In this document: positions 24,800 through 37,281 of the stretch, piece after piece | How positions within the stretch are numbered: the first letter of the stretch is position 1 | Layout: every line of letters begins with the position of its first letter | Assembly (NCBI GenBank): GCA_037447605.1 | Contig: CM074804.1 | Coordinates: forward strand, 4,937,909 to 5,001,908 | Origin: Zygnema circumcarinatum SAG 698-1b | Taxonomy: Eukaryota; Plantae; Zygnematophyceae | Reading direction: 5' to 3' | DNA length: 64,000 bases | Program-made: the position numbers and the translations under genes | Notes under the pieces: generated by a model | What the model was told of the DNA's origin: nothing | Seen by the model: only the letters and a program-made list of their open reading frames with translations | The model's database searches: none

Positions 24800-27097
24800 T
24801 CATTTAGCGACCAGATCCAGAGACCCCAAGCGGATCGATAATCTCTCCGGACATTCTAGTCCGTACGGCAAAACGCATTGGCCGAGCTCGTTCCGAATGC
24901 ACTCAACTTCCTCCGCCTCAGATTCGACAAGCTGCCACATTTGCTGCCTTCTTTCCAAGAGACCTTCCAGTTCCTTGATGACCCGCAGTGCAATCATTGC
25001 AGGAGAAAGAGATGATGAAGCATCCACACTCAACTCATCGGCAATATCTGCAGAAAGACCATTGCTTAGAACGAGTTAGATGAAGTACTGAATCGGCCTA
25101 CAATGTAGCCTGAAACATTCAAATGAATGTAGACGAGTAGGAATGGCATGTAAGTGTGTACCTTCAAGGCAAATCGACAGATCAGCAGCGGGGTACAGGT
25201 GTTGTCTCCTCTCATAAACGGAGTTCAGCTTCGCCAATGCCTGTCACACAATAACGAGACACAGCATCACATCCATGATCAGCACAACGCACATGGAGGC
25301 CTAAAGATTTCACAAACCAATCAATGCGAGACAATGCGGATCTATCGTCTTCAATTACATCAAATCCCCAGGCCTCACCTGAGAAAATGCGTCATTATCA
25401 GAAGCGCCTTCGCTTAGGATAGGCCTAGATCCCACTCCGGCTGCAACCACACGCTTAGCAAGGAGCTCTAATGGGACGTCGATCCAAACTACGACACCGT
25501 TACGCATACACCTCCTGCACAAGAAATTACGAGAAGAAAGTAAGCAACGAGAATAAAACTGCAAACAGTTGCAAGGACACGAAACATCCAAAATTCGAGA
25601 AGTATGTTGTGAAGACCCTTGCTTACCAGTTGGATGGTCTCAAAATGGCTCCGCCTCCAGTTGCAACTACTAGACTTTTCATTGATGAGAGTTGGGCAAT
25701 GGCTTGACTCTGCATACAGAAAGTACAACGTCAGCCACGTGACCAAAAACAAAAAGTTACATCCACATAAGCGTACTATTGGGTGCACTTAGGAAAAATG
25801 AATGTGAAACAAACGATGCGTGCAGCCTTTACCTCTAAATCCCGGAAGGCAGGCTCTCCCTGTTCCGCGAAAATGCTCGCAACAGTAGTCCCCACAGTCT
25901 GCTCAACAAGCGAATCACTGCAAAGCCACCAAAAAAATGCCAAAAGGTGAGCTTGGAACCCATGATGGGCAGGTAGTCATAGAAAACCAGATGATGGCAA
26001 AGACTAACTTAGCCAGCAACGAACAACTTAGTCTGATACTTGTCAAAAGGATGAACAGACCATACCTGTCAAAAAAGCCGTAGCCAAGGGCATCCGATAG
26101 CAGTCGGCCAACAGTAGTCTTTCCGCAACCCATCATTCCTGAAAGATCACAAGCAGACAAACAAACGTTTAAGGGTCCGGACAGGAGATTGATCGCTTAA
26201 CTACAGTCGAACCAACTAGAAAAAACCGAAACCACCAATGCAAACGCAAGCACACCCGATCAATTTATCCCTACTCAATATGGCATTCAAGAAGAGAGAT
26301 ACCGGCCCATTCCACTAGAGCATCTCGAGAAGCATGAATTCTCACCTATTAAGTAGATGTTTGTTCCGCTCATTTCGTAAGCAAGACTGTCTGCTCTTCT
26401 GTTCAACTCCTCCAAAATGACATCCTGCAAAAACCAGCAGACATGCCATCGTCAGCAAGAGAATCAACCGACATTTGACCCTGCCGAAAGTGGATGGCAA
26501 ATCTGAAAAATCCTGAAAAAAAAAACATTTTTTCGGCCAGCAGGACAGTAAACTAATCTCACCTCATCAACTCTGAGGGTAGCAGGAGCCACAGCCTCCT
26601 GAACAGCGGCTGCATCCCGAAAACAGTTCAACAGTGATAAGAAAACTTGTTGCAGAAGTTACAAGTTTGTATAGTTGACAACCTTGTTTAAACAAAAATC
26701 ACGTACAGCGAGTCGATATTGAAAGCTATCCTCTGCATCTGTGTATCTAATGCCTTCAAAGTCAACGACGTACAGAAACTCAGTTTTGTGAAACATTCCT
26801 GCTTTTCCCTCGTCATATGCTTTTCCCTCGTCATAATGCATCCACCTCATCCTCACCTCGAGCACATCCAGCCAGAGCATTCCTTGCTCCACGTCTGCTT
26901 CGATGTCCCTTTCGCGAGACCTTGACAGAAGGCACAAGTTCGGGCAGCGCAGCTGAAATTCGGATTCCTCTCCCTGAAGGACTAGCAGCGGCGCATGGCC
27001 GCGCAAACTCTCCGAAACTACTTTCCCGAGTGTACAACGAAGCGAATCCGGGGACAACCAGTCCCGCCTCACTCAAGCTTGAAACCATGGACGCCAT
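24800..27097 (-). CDS. Shikimate kinase, plastid-targeted (paralogue 2), multi-exon
   Basis: MASMVSSLSEAGLVV... transit peptide; exons give GTNIYLI/GMMGCGKTTVGRLLSDALGYGFFD/SDSLVEQTVG..FRDLE/SQAIAQLSSMKSLVVATGGGAILRPSNW/NGVVVWIDVPLELLAKRV..SRPIL/..YPAADLSICLE/DIADELSVDASSSLSPAMIALRVIKELEGLLERRQ...*. Confidence 0.92.
26800..26835. repeat. 18-bp tandem duplication in intron 1 of shikimate kinase 2
   Basis: tgcttttccctcgtcata twice. Confidence 0.8.
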
Positions 27098-28015
27098 AGT
27101 TCCTGTTCAAGCCTTAGCAGCTCCTTCAAATCCAGACCAGCTTTCCCTGTAAGCCAATCTACGCGCGCAGCCTGCAATATGAGCAAGAAGACAAATGGAT
27201 GGCGCGACAAGCGAAGCTGCTCCTGCACCCGTTCTTGAGACGGCTCACTCTGTTATGCTGCGCCAGAACTCAAATCTTCTCTACCATCCCCCATATGTCC
27301 CCAACCGCCCGCCTTTGTAACCGCCGCCCTGCCCTGCCTTGCCCTGCCCTGGCAGGGCCGGCCTGACCTGACTGCAATCGCGGGCAGGAGGGCCGTCACG
27401 TCACGGATTGCCTGCAATCCCAGCAGTCCCTGCAGCACCGGCGCCTGTCGACTGCCCCGAGGCCGCCCCGACGCCCGTTCGGGCTGCCCGCGCCGCCCGG
27501 CGACCACTCACAGGGCCGCGCCGCCGGATCTGGGCCGTTCGATGCGACCAAGGGACATTTTCGATACTGCCCAAGGCGGCGGGCAGTCGGCTCACATCGC
27601 CCGGGCCCGGCTGGCTAGCTGGCGCGCGCCCAATCCTGCTCTGCCAGGTCAACGCTCCGCGCCAATCGGCGGCCGCCGTCCGTACAGCGTGCCGCGCGCG
27701 TCAAGGCTCGTATCCGCAGCGCGATAAGGCGTGACTCAGCCGCCGCCGCGATGACTGCGATCCGAGTCACCACGCGTGCGAAACGCGGATCTGGACCCTG
27801 CGGTTGCGGCGGACGGCCTTCCAAGGACGCCATACACGTCAGCAGATATGTTCTTGGCCAATGAGCGAGCAGCAGTCTGTCACGTGGCAGTGCCAGCGCG
27901 GACAGGCCTGCCTGCCTGCCTGCCTGCCTGCCCCCTGAGCTGGCGCGGCCTGCGGCGCCGCGAGAGGGCAGGGCAGGGCAGGGTGCGCCGCGCGCTGTTC
28001 GCCCGTTCCGCGCGG

Positions 28016-28345
28016 TCCGTCTGCCCGACCGTCCATCCGCCCGTCCGTCCGTCCACCAGCCCGTCCGTCCGCGCGTCCGTCCGTCCACCCGCCCATCCGT
28101 CCGTCCACCCGCCCGTCCGTCTGCCCGTCCATGCGTCCACCCGCCCGTCCGTCCGTCCACCTCGACCCGTCCGTCGGGCACCGTCCGGTCCGGACCGGGC
28201 GGGCGGGCAAGGGTAGGTGGGTGGGTGGTGTTGGCGGGGGAGGGGGAGGGGGTGAGGGAGGGGAGGGGGTGAGGGAGGGGAGGGGAGGGGAGGGGAGGGG
28301 AGGGNNNNNNNNNNGGGAGGGGAGGGGAGGGGAGGGGAGGGGAGG
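28016..28345. repeat. Degenerate (CCGT)n followed by (GGGGA)n simple repeats, interrupted by an assembly gap
   Basis: ccgtccgtcc... tract ~28016-28175; ggaggggagggg... ~28240-28345; 10 N at 28305-28314. Confidence 0.9.
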
Positions 28346-29859
28346 GTATTGGACTGAATCAAAACTCGACGCTTCAAACTTTATTCTTAAAAAAGTCAAC
28401 TGTGCTTGCGATGGCCTTAGCCATCAAGCCCCAATATTTTCTACCTTTAAAATGCTCGTCCATTAAGTAAACCTAATATTATAGAGGTTTTTCTTATTGT
28501 ACTTAAGATAGGCATTTGCCCCTTCAATATGAGCCACGTGGGAAATTTTACGGGAAAAATACAAGATTAGACTTGTCTATATGGCCTTTGCTGGTTCCAT
28601 TGCAAATTCTACCTCGTCTATAAATACTACCGTGGCTTAGTACTTTGTATGCATCCACACTCACATTTATTGCGAACAATTTCAAAGATACTAAGTATAA
28701 AACAACTAGATTTTTAGCATTTCTTCAAATTTTCGAGTTCTTTGTACTATCCCCTTCCTTGTAGTTTGTACTTACAAGAGGCGACCTTTGAAAGATAAGT
28801 GAATTCCTCACCTTAGAATGGCAAACATGGCAGATTTTTGTAGATAAAAATTGTGGCGGTGATTCAAAAGACGAAGGTTTTAGTTCTAAGTTGTTTGAAA
28901 ACGGAATTTTTGGTAGCTTCTTTGGTATACTGAAAATGGCCACCAAGGTTTCTAACTTCAACTTAGGTTCTCAACAATTGAGTACATGAAACCAGTGTCC
29001 TCCTTGATTTTCCTTGATTTTAGCAAGGTATCAAAACCCTCTTCCTCTAAAATTGCAGACATCTAACAAAGGGTCTCTTACAACCGTGCAATGATAACAA
29101 TCACATTAGAAATAGTCATTGGCTGCACTTGGGCAAGGTCTCATAAGGAACAAAACAAAGTATCTCATATACCATAATGATCTGTACTAGGTCTGCCTTA
29201 AGGCATGAAAATGTCCAATATTTCAAATGTTCAGCTCATTGCAAGATAATGATACAGATATTTTGCAGGGCATACGATTAGCTCGTGTTGGACTTTGACA
29301 TGATGTATCTGTGTGGCATTACAAGAGTTGTTTAACCCGCCCACCATTGCATTTTAAAGGCCACTCCCTACTTGTATGTCGCGCATCGTAACCCAAAAAT
29401 AATCTACTAATCTCCAAATATGACAAATGGCAGGCCAAACTGAATAAACCAAACACCTAATTTCAAGCAACAAGAAACAAAAGAAAACAAGAACATAACA
29501 AAAGGGCGCCATAACTTCAAACAAGCAATGGAACACCTCTTGTGTGACTTACAATGGGTTTTGTTATTTGATACGTGTGTGTTATTTCTTTTTTTTTTTT
29601 TTTTTTTATTTCTTGCCCGCACCGCCAAGCATGTACTTAAACATCTAAAGCCAATTTCATTCTCTTTGATACATTTACAATCGGTTAAAATTATTTAAGT
29701 ACTTAGGTCTCAAAATCTTTTATGATTCCTCTAAAAACAACCAATTATTCCCACAACTCTATTCGTAAAACGCTATGTAGATTGCATCGCTTTGATCAAT
29801 AGTAGACTGTTCATTCCCATCAGCCTTAAAGGAGGGAAAATAGGAATATGTGTGTGCAG

Positions 29860-30152
29860 ATGTCAGTTAGGTCGCTCATCCTCTCTCGGCCAAGGATCGT
29901 ATTTAGGCATAGAGGGCGAATAGACATGCCATGGCCATCCAACCGCCAGAAGAGCCCTTTTGTGCGCCATCAAACTCCAACTCCTGCGTTATCTCTACCG
30001 AGTGTTGGGCACAGAAGGCGGGCCAGAGCTGCGTGAGCGGCGTCGTTGAGGCGGCGGGAGAGCCAGCCTATGGAGGCGATAAGAGCAGGGTCCCACCTCC
30101 CCGCTGCCACAATTCGCAAGAGAAGCTCGTCGGCGAGTTCCGCTAGTTTCAT
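29860..30152 (-). pseudogene. Probable EID1-like F-box gene relic
   Basis: MKLAELADELLLRIVAAGRWDPALIASIGWLSRRLNDAA..ALARLLC resembles the F-box of EID1-like proteins (L.E.vl..if....WdP..ia.l..v.r.l...a...lw..lC). In-frame TGA at 29970, then WRTKGLFWRLDGHG. Similarity judged by eye. Confidence 0.45.
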
Positions 30153-30337
30153 GGCTAAATCTGCATGCTTGTCTGTCTCACATAGTGCACGCCTGCATAT
30201 GAATGCTTCTAGGGTCTGAAGTGTCCTCGTCCTCCTGTCCCTTGGCGGGCGAAAAGAATTTAGTACTGCGATTATTGCTGTGCGTTAAGGTCAGTGGATG
30301 GTAGTGCGGGGGTGAAGCTGAGACTGATGGTGAAGGT

Positions 30338-30908
30338 CAGGGTTAAGTTAGGTTAGGGTTAGAGTTAGAGTTTTAGGGTCAGCGTTAGAGTTACGGCTAG
30401 GGTTAGGATTAGGTTTGAGGGTTAGGGTTAGGGTTAGGCCTGGGGTTAGGACAGGGGCGAGGGGTTAGGTGAAGGTGAGGTTTAGGATCAGGGACGGGGT
30501 GTCCGTTCGGGTTAGGGCTCGCGCTAGAGTTAGGGTTAGGGTTAGGGTTGCGGTTGGGATTCGGGTTAGCGTTAGGCTTAGGATTAAGATTAGGGTTAGG
30601 GTTAGAGCTAGGCTTAAGGGCTCTGGTCAGGATTAGGGTTAGGGTTAGGATTAGGTTAGGTTAGCCTTCGGATTAGGGTTAGAGTTAGGACTAAGGTTAG
30701 GGTTAGGATTAGGGTTAGGATTAGGGTTAGGATTAAGATTAGGATTAGGGTTAGGGCTATGCTTAAGGGCTCTGGTCAGGATTAGCGATCTATCGGCACG
30801 TGGCAGAGGCGGCAGGAGGGAAGAAAGCTCTTTGGACTTACCACTATAAGCCGGGTAGGAGCAGGATTAGGAGTGGGTTAGGTCAGTTGTTGGTTTCGGA
30901 TTAGGGTT
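30338..30908 (+). repeat. Degenerate interstitial telomere-like (TTAGGG)n array
   Basis: Dozens of TTAGGG units with TTAGGA/TTAGAG/TCAGGG variants. Internal ~55 bp higher-order duplication (GGATTAAGATTAGG...GCTTAAGGGCTCTGGTCAGGATTAG at ~30581-30635 and ~30730-30785). Confidence 0.9.
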
Positions 30909-31987
30909 ATGGCAGAAGTGATGCTAGTGAGGTCGTCCTCTTTGCCTAAGCGGAGCAGCCCCGCAGTGCATCAAGTCCTGATGATTTACCTTTCCATGAT
31001 CATGTACACGAGCCTGCACTGTACAGGGTTTTTTTTTATTTTTAGGAAACACGATCTGAGTCGCAAACGTGAGATATTTCTGACTCTCATACGGGTAACC
31101 GACCGTCATACCTAGTCCTTGTCCTTCATCCAGTTTCCTTCGTACTATCAACCTATGCACAAGATAAAGTATGCTTTGATCTCTATGCAGAGTCAACGCA
31201 AATTAAAGATGAGTACTTTACAAAAGTTTTTCCAAAAAGGTCAAAATCACGAAAGCACACCCCTCCGTCAGTTGAAGTCATATGACATGTCTCTGTACTC
31301 CATAGATTGGGATATACAACTGAGTATAAGCACAAGCTAAAGGAGAAAATCAGCCGCAGAAGTCCAGGAGCTGTCCTATACGTGAAAGCGGGCCTTTAAA
31401 TGGGAATTTGCAGACTTGTGTTCCATTGTTCTCTCTTGTTTACCATATCACATGAAAATGTCTCCTTCCGATTACCACGTCCAGTGCAAACAGTATCCTG
31501 TATTTCACTCTCAGTCAGCACAGTCACATTTGGTTGAAGCTAAGGTAATGATGTTTAAATTTGTTTTTCTATAACATTGGCTAAACAGTTTAAACTACAA
31601 TACATTTCTACTTATCAAAACTGCTATCTGTTCTACTTCTTGGGCTGACCAATTTATATCGGACTACAATGTCAATCGACCTTTCCTACACTGAAAGCCT
31701 ACTAGAGTTTGCACCCCTCGGTTCTTATTGATTCCTAAATGTAGTAAAAAGAATTCCTGAGAACGACTTCAAGTTTACACTGACAGCCGTTTCTGCTGGC
31801 AGATCTATCAGCTTAACATTATACACAAAACATATAAGGAAACACCGAAGCTAATGATAAAATGGTAAAATAGGGGCACTGCCTAGGCTTGCTTCAACTT
31901 ACATTTGACTTCTAATTTCAACTCACCTTTCCTACTCTCTCCTCCAAGGAGCATGCAGGCAGAGACGCCCCCCAAAACCCGAGCTCA

Positions 31988-34836
31988 TCAAGAACTGGAC
32001 GTGACAATTGGATGCAGTTTTGTGTGCCAGCTGTGCATGCACATTCTGCGATCTGCGTCATAATGCCAGTAGCCGTTGTCCACCAATCTCGCCTTCTTGG
32101 CATCCTTTCCGGAGATCCAGTTGTTGTGCAGAATGATGCAGTTCTTGGCTTTACACGCGGCAGTGACATCCTTCTCAGCCCAAAAGTCATGCACAGCCCC
32201 ATTCGGATAAGCAGTCCGGTTCAGGAAAACCGTTCGGAGGCCGTTGGTCCACCGACACTCCTCCTTCCCTCCGACCAGGAGCTGACCTTTCTCGCCACAC
32301 AGCACGTCGTAGAAACTGGGCTGCTCTGAAAGCGTTGTCTGCGCTGCATGTGCGACTATGGCGGAGAACGCCTCAATGGTCTGCTCATCAGAACGCGCAA
32401 AGTAAAACCCGGAGTTGATTCGGCGAATCCCAGTGCCTGGTATGGATGCGTTGGGCTCGTTGCTTTGAATGGGGAAGGTGCCCGGACCGAAGCGGAGGAG
32501 GTCCGGGAGAGGGTCGGAGTACCACACAATGTCCACGTCCGTCCAAAGCGCGGAGTACCCCGCGCGGAGCACGCGCAGGACCGCCCGCGACTTGAGTTTC
32601 GTGAACTGCCGGAAACACTGCGTGCCGAACGCGCAGTCCGCCGCGTCGATGCTCTTCAGCTTGTCCCCCGCGTGCTCGTAGTACACCGCCAGGCCCTGCG
32701 TGAAGGCGAACTTGTACAGGTCTTCGTCCAGGGCAGCCACCACGAGGTTCTTCTCCAGCCCTAAAAGGCGCAGGCGGCAGACGAAGTTCATGAGCATCTC
32801 CGCGTAGCCGAAGGTGACGGCGACAAGGGTGACAACTTTGAGGTCGCCCTCAACTTGTAGCGCCTGCTTGGGGAGCAGCTGCTCCATGGTGTGGGGAAGC
32901 CCTGGCTTCGAGTCGGGCCCTGCCGTAGCGACGATGGAGTAGTCCTCGCGCTTGTCGACTGACACCATTCCGCATGTCCACCTTCCCTTACTGTCCAGCT
33001 TGGGATCCGTCTGTGTGTTGGTAATGTATGGGGAGTATTCACAGGAGCAGTTGGCAGGACGCTCTCGCTTCAGTAGGCACAGGTTGCCAACTGCATGACA
33101 AGGAAATTAGCGAAAAGGAGTATGTGTTAGGGTCAAGTTGGATATAGATGCTGCATTTGATAAGCACACGCTTGCTCAGCTAGAGGCTTCGGCATCATGT
33201 ACGCAGGACAATGGGAAAATGAGGCAAGCTACGCTTTTCGCCAAGACCTAGACGAGCACTGTCCACCGCAGGTAGAGGGTAATTGTCCTTTGATTGTCCT
33301 TTAGCTTTATGCTGCTTAAGCTGGCAACTCAGTTCGAAGAAGGATAAATTCAGCTCAGCTCATAAAGGAAAACGCATCCTAGCTCATTTTTTTTTGTCGA
33401 TTCTCTCAATTCGTAAGTGACGAAGGTGCAGATTTACCACGTGAAGCAAACAATTCGACACAATTTTTACTCCATGAATACTTTCCAGTTAAGCAAAGTG
33501 TTGCATCGTAACAGCCTCCTCCAAACAATCCACCGGAACTCAATCCACTTGCCCACCTTCATGCCAATCCCCTGGCTCAAGCAAGCAAGCAAGCAGGAGG
33601 GAGGGAGGGAGGGAGGGAGCAGCAGTGGCGGCCCCTACCTGTGGGTTCGTGGCAGGCGGCGAGGCGCCACGGCGCGTGCAGCGCGGTGCCCTTCTGGTTG
33701 GTGTACGAGCCGTGCGTCTGCGCGAGGTGCACGTTCCGCGCCATCTCCCAGCTGCTGCGCTTGCGCGCGCTCCAGAAGTTGCGGCCCCCCGCGGCCTCCC
33801 CCCCCGCGCCCACGTGCGCGTAGGCGTGCGCCACGTGGAGGTTGGTGAGCGCGGCGCCCCCGTCCACGACCGCGCGCAGGCCGCCCTGCACGGCCTCGTG
33901 CGTGAGCCAGTTGTCGTACTTGGACCGCCCGAACGCGAAGGGCGGGACCGCCCCCCGGAGGAGCGGCCGCGCGGGCGCGTTCCAGAGCCAGAAGTCGACC
34001 CCGCCGTACGTGTGCAGGCTCGCGCCGCCCCGCCGCGCGGCCTCCCGCGCGGCCTCGTCCCGCGCCGCGCGGGTCAGGCCCAGCCGCTCGAGCTCGCCCG
34101 CCTCGAAGCTGAAGGGGAAGGCGCCGGCGCCGAGGTCCCAGCGCGGGGCCGTCAGGAGCCAGAGGTCGAACACGCCCGCGACCTTCTGCACGGCGGGCAT
34201 GAGGTCGTTCAGGAGGATGATGTCGCCGTTGATGATCATCGACAGGGCCGTGTCCGCGGCCTGCGCGCGCGCCACCATGGAGTGGAACAGCGGGACGCCA
34301 TGGAAGGTGTAGTCAAGCGAGCTCTCCACGCGCACGTGCGGATGGAACTCCGCCGCCACCTCCGCGAACGTCGGGTCATCCCCGAGCAGCACGATCTGCG
34401 GCTGCGGGCGCAGCGCCAGCCACGACAGCAGAGCGCGCCGCTGTGGCTCCGCGCTCTCGTTCGCGTACGCCTTCGGGGCGCAGAAGATCGTCATAGACAG
34501 TGCCTCTGCGGGGTCCGTACCGGTCGCCTGTGAGTTTTCCTGGTCCTGTCCTAGCAAGACGCGGGAATGCCTCACGGCTTCAGTGGCCTCAAGGACGGCG
34601 GTGGAGGTGGTCAGGGCATGGGGTTGGGTGGCGTCGAGCAGGAGGGCCGCGGTGGAGGCTGCGGAGGAGGCGGCGTTCTGGCAGGATTCGTTGACGAGGC
34701 GCCACGAGCAGAGGAAGAGGCAGAGAGCGACGGCCATGGGGCCGTGGAGCGCTAGAAAGCTCACCAGCTTCGCACCTACGCTCGGGCACTTTGCGCCCGC
34801 GTGAAAGTCCTGGCGGTGCATTCTTGGGTACGACAT
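31988..34836 (-). CDS. RAY1: Beta-arabinofuranosyltransferase RAY1-like (GT77 nucleotide-diphospho-sugar transferase), 2 exons
   Basis: Exon 1 34836-33639 (TM; TIFCAPK..RALLSWLAL..LDYTFHGVPLFHSM..VPPFAFGRSKYDNWL..HGSY). Exon 2 33090-31988 (YAEMLMNFVCRLRLLG..DCAFGTQCFRQFTKLKSRAVL..WTDVDIVW..QSNEPN..RRINSGFYF..LSEQPSFYDVLCG..HNNWISG). Two-domain layout of RAY1. Confidence 0.88.
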
Positions 34837-36713
34837 GGGGGCTGCTGCGCGATGGTAGGGGGGAGATGGCGGGCACGGGGGGGGGGTGGAAGTCTGAAGG
34901 AAGGCTGCACGGGCGAGGATGGAGTGAGAGGGAGGAGGCGAGGGAGGGAGCGGCGGCGGCGGTTGCAGGCGCGCCCCGCTCGGCTCTTGGGAGTCGGCGC
35001 CCGCGAGCAGCCGCTATCAAGGCCCGCCGGGAGGTCCCAAGGCCGGAGGTGGTCGGAGCGACGGGCAGGGAAACGTTTGTGGGGGCGCGTGCGATTGGTG
35101 TGGGCGGGGCCCGCCCTGCCCTCGAAAGTTTTGAATACTGTTGCTTCTGCCCGGATGCGGACGGATTTCATTGCCACCTCACCTGGTCCGTACGGTCGGG
35201 TAGTTGGATCTGTACGATCCATCCGTCTGGGATCACTCGTATCAACATGTACGGTCGATTCTCGATTAATGGATGAACCTGGCCGCCCGAATCTGCCGAC
35301 GGAGATCTCGAGCATTGCGTCGCTTTTGAGGCACGGTTTTTCTAAAACGACAAACTCAGCGCTCACTTGCCTCCAAAGAGGCGCCGCGGTGACCTGAAGA
35401 TTCGGCGACCTCATAATTGAATGTAAATGGTGGCGCTGCAACCCGACAAGCCACAATCGACAAACTTTTGGCCGTTAACCAATTGGCGGAGGAACCGAGT
35501 GGTTGTCGGCTCAAATAAAAAAAGGTTTCAGAATCGACGCGACTTTGATTGGCCGAATCCGGAAACATTCCAAGGAAAACTTCGGCCAGAATCTGCCCGC
35601 GACAATTTGCCTTTTGTCCTGTCATTTTGTGCCGCCCGCCGTGTGCCTTCTGTTGCTCCTGGCCTATCCGCGCGTGCGAAGAATGATTACACTTTGGCCG
35701 TTTGTGGGGACTGGTCCATTTGTCCTCCAACTCTCTGTACGGTTGGCGACAGGCTCGCTGACGCCTCCAAAGGGCATTAAATGCGAGAGGAGCCGTGTCG
35801 GTGCCTCATTGCCCGCCGCCGACAAAGTCGGTTCGCTGCAAATGGGCACGGGCACGGGCGGCCAACGGTTGGCGCGAGGGTCACGGCAGCGAGCGGGGCA
35901 AGTTGGTCGTTAAAAGTTCAGTAGTCGCCAACGACAGTTCCAACAGAAAGCCCTCCCGACCTCAACCAGACAAACGGTTGTGGGGATTCGATCGATGTGC
36001 GGGGCAGGGCGCCCATCCGCGTCGATGCGCGCACGGCGGCGGCCGTAGTCTGGCCCATACTGTTGTGCGCGACGCGACCAGTTCCTCGTGGTTCCCCCAT
36101 GTTGTTTTTGGTCATGTACATTTGATGGTCTCGCCATCGTGAGATCAACGCCACATCCCCCCAACCAGACCAGACAGCGCTGCGAAATACAAACCTCCTG
36201 ACTTGGCAGCTCCCGCCACCGGTACCGTAGAGGTACCGTAGGAGGAGATTGATTGTTTGGGAGGCCTCCCCTCCCCTCGCATAGCAAAGCTCCGCTGCAA
36301 AGTACAAAGCAGACGCGGTCGGTAGTTTCCGTCCGCTTCACAAACTCGGCTGCGGCTTGCGGCGGGTGGTGGACTGCATCTGGGACTTGCCCCGCCCGCG
36401 AAATAGGTGACGTGCGTCCTGCGTCCTCCTGGTGACGAGCGGGTCAGTGCACCGCACGGCCCGCGGCGCTGGGCGAAGGGACAGGACAGGACAGGGGTCG
36501 CGGGCGGGCTCCAGTGCGCTCCGAATCAGAGACTGCTGAAGATCAACTTGCATTAAAACCTCCGATTCCACTTCTCAAAACGATCCACTTCCTGTGCCAA
36601 CTCTGCATTCCAGTTCTACGTCGTGACGATGCGAGCAAGCAAGCATGCATCAGGAGTGCTCTCAACGCCCCCCTCCCAGTCGGGATCGGTCTTGAATATG
36701 CCAAACGAACATA

Positions 36714-37281
36714 ACGTAAAACTAAAAAGGTTGAGAAAAAAATAATTAAAGATTTTAAACCAGCTTCCATAAAAAAGACTGCATTCAGTTTATTGCAATT
36801 AACTTGAGAAAAAGAAATTAATTTCTAATGGTTTTTCTCAATGCAAATATTACACGATAACCAGTTGAACATTGAACAATTAACGACCGGTCGCGTTCAA
36901 TTTGAGTTTTCTTTGCTCCACGGATCAACAATTATATTTTGGCAAGTCGCCTGATTTTTCCAAAATTTTGCTCAACATAGAAATTCTGGCACTGTTACCT
37001 ACCGTACCGTACGGTAATCATTGATCTGCTCAGAAAAGTCGTACGGCAAAAATCGTGTCGGAGTTTGACCGGATCCTCAAATTGCCCAAATTCTACGTGG
37101 CAAAAAACTGGAATCCAAACATGTAACCAAAAAAATTGAGAATCTGAACTATTGTTAACTTTCTCAAATCAAAAAAAAAAATCGACCTCCGATGTTCATT
37201 GTTCAACCCTCTCGAATACGTTTCAACATTGAGAAATTAACTAAAAATTTGTTCAACTTTTCAGCCTGTTTGGTTTTACGG
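36714..37281. mobile_element. Degenerate Tc1/mariner (pogo/Tc2-like) MITE (copy B)
   Basis: TIRs ACGTAAAACTAAAAAGGTTGAGAA / TTTTCAGCCTGTTTGGTTTTACGG (consensus CCGTAAAAC...), TA on the left and TG on the right; AT-rich; core shared with the element at 23433-23947. Confidence 0.65.

Noticed and set aside
30581-30785. Spaced direct repeats resembling a CRISPR array
   Set aside because: Only two copies, embedded in a TTAGGG array; eukaryotic context with no unique spacers or cas genes.
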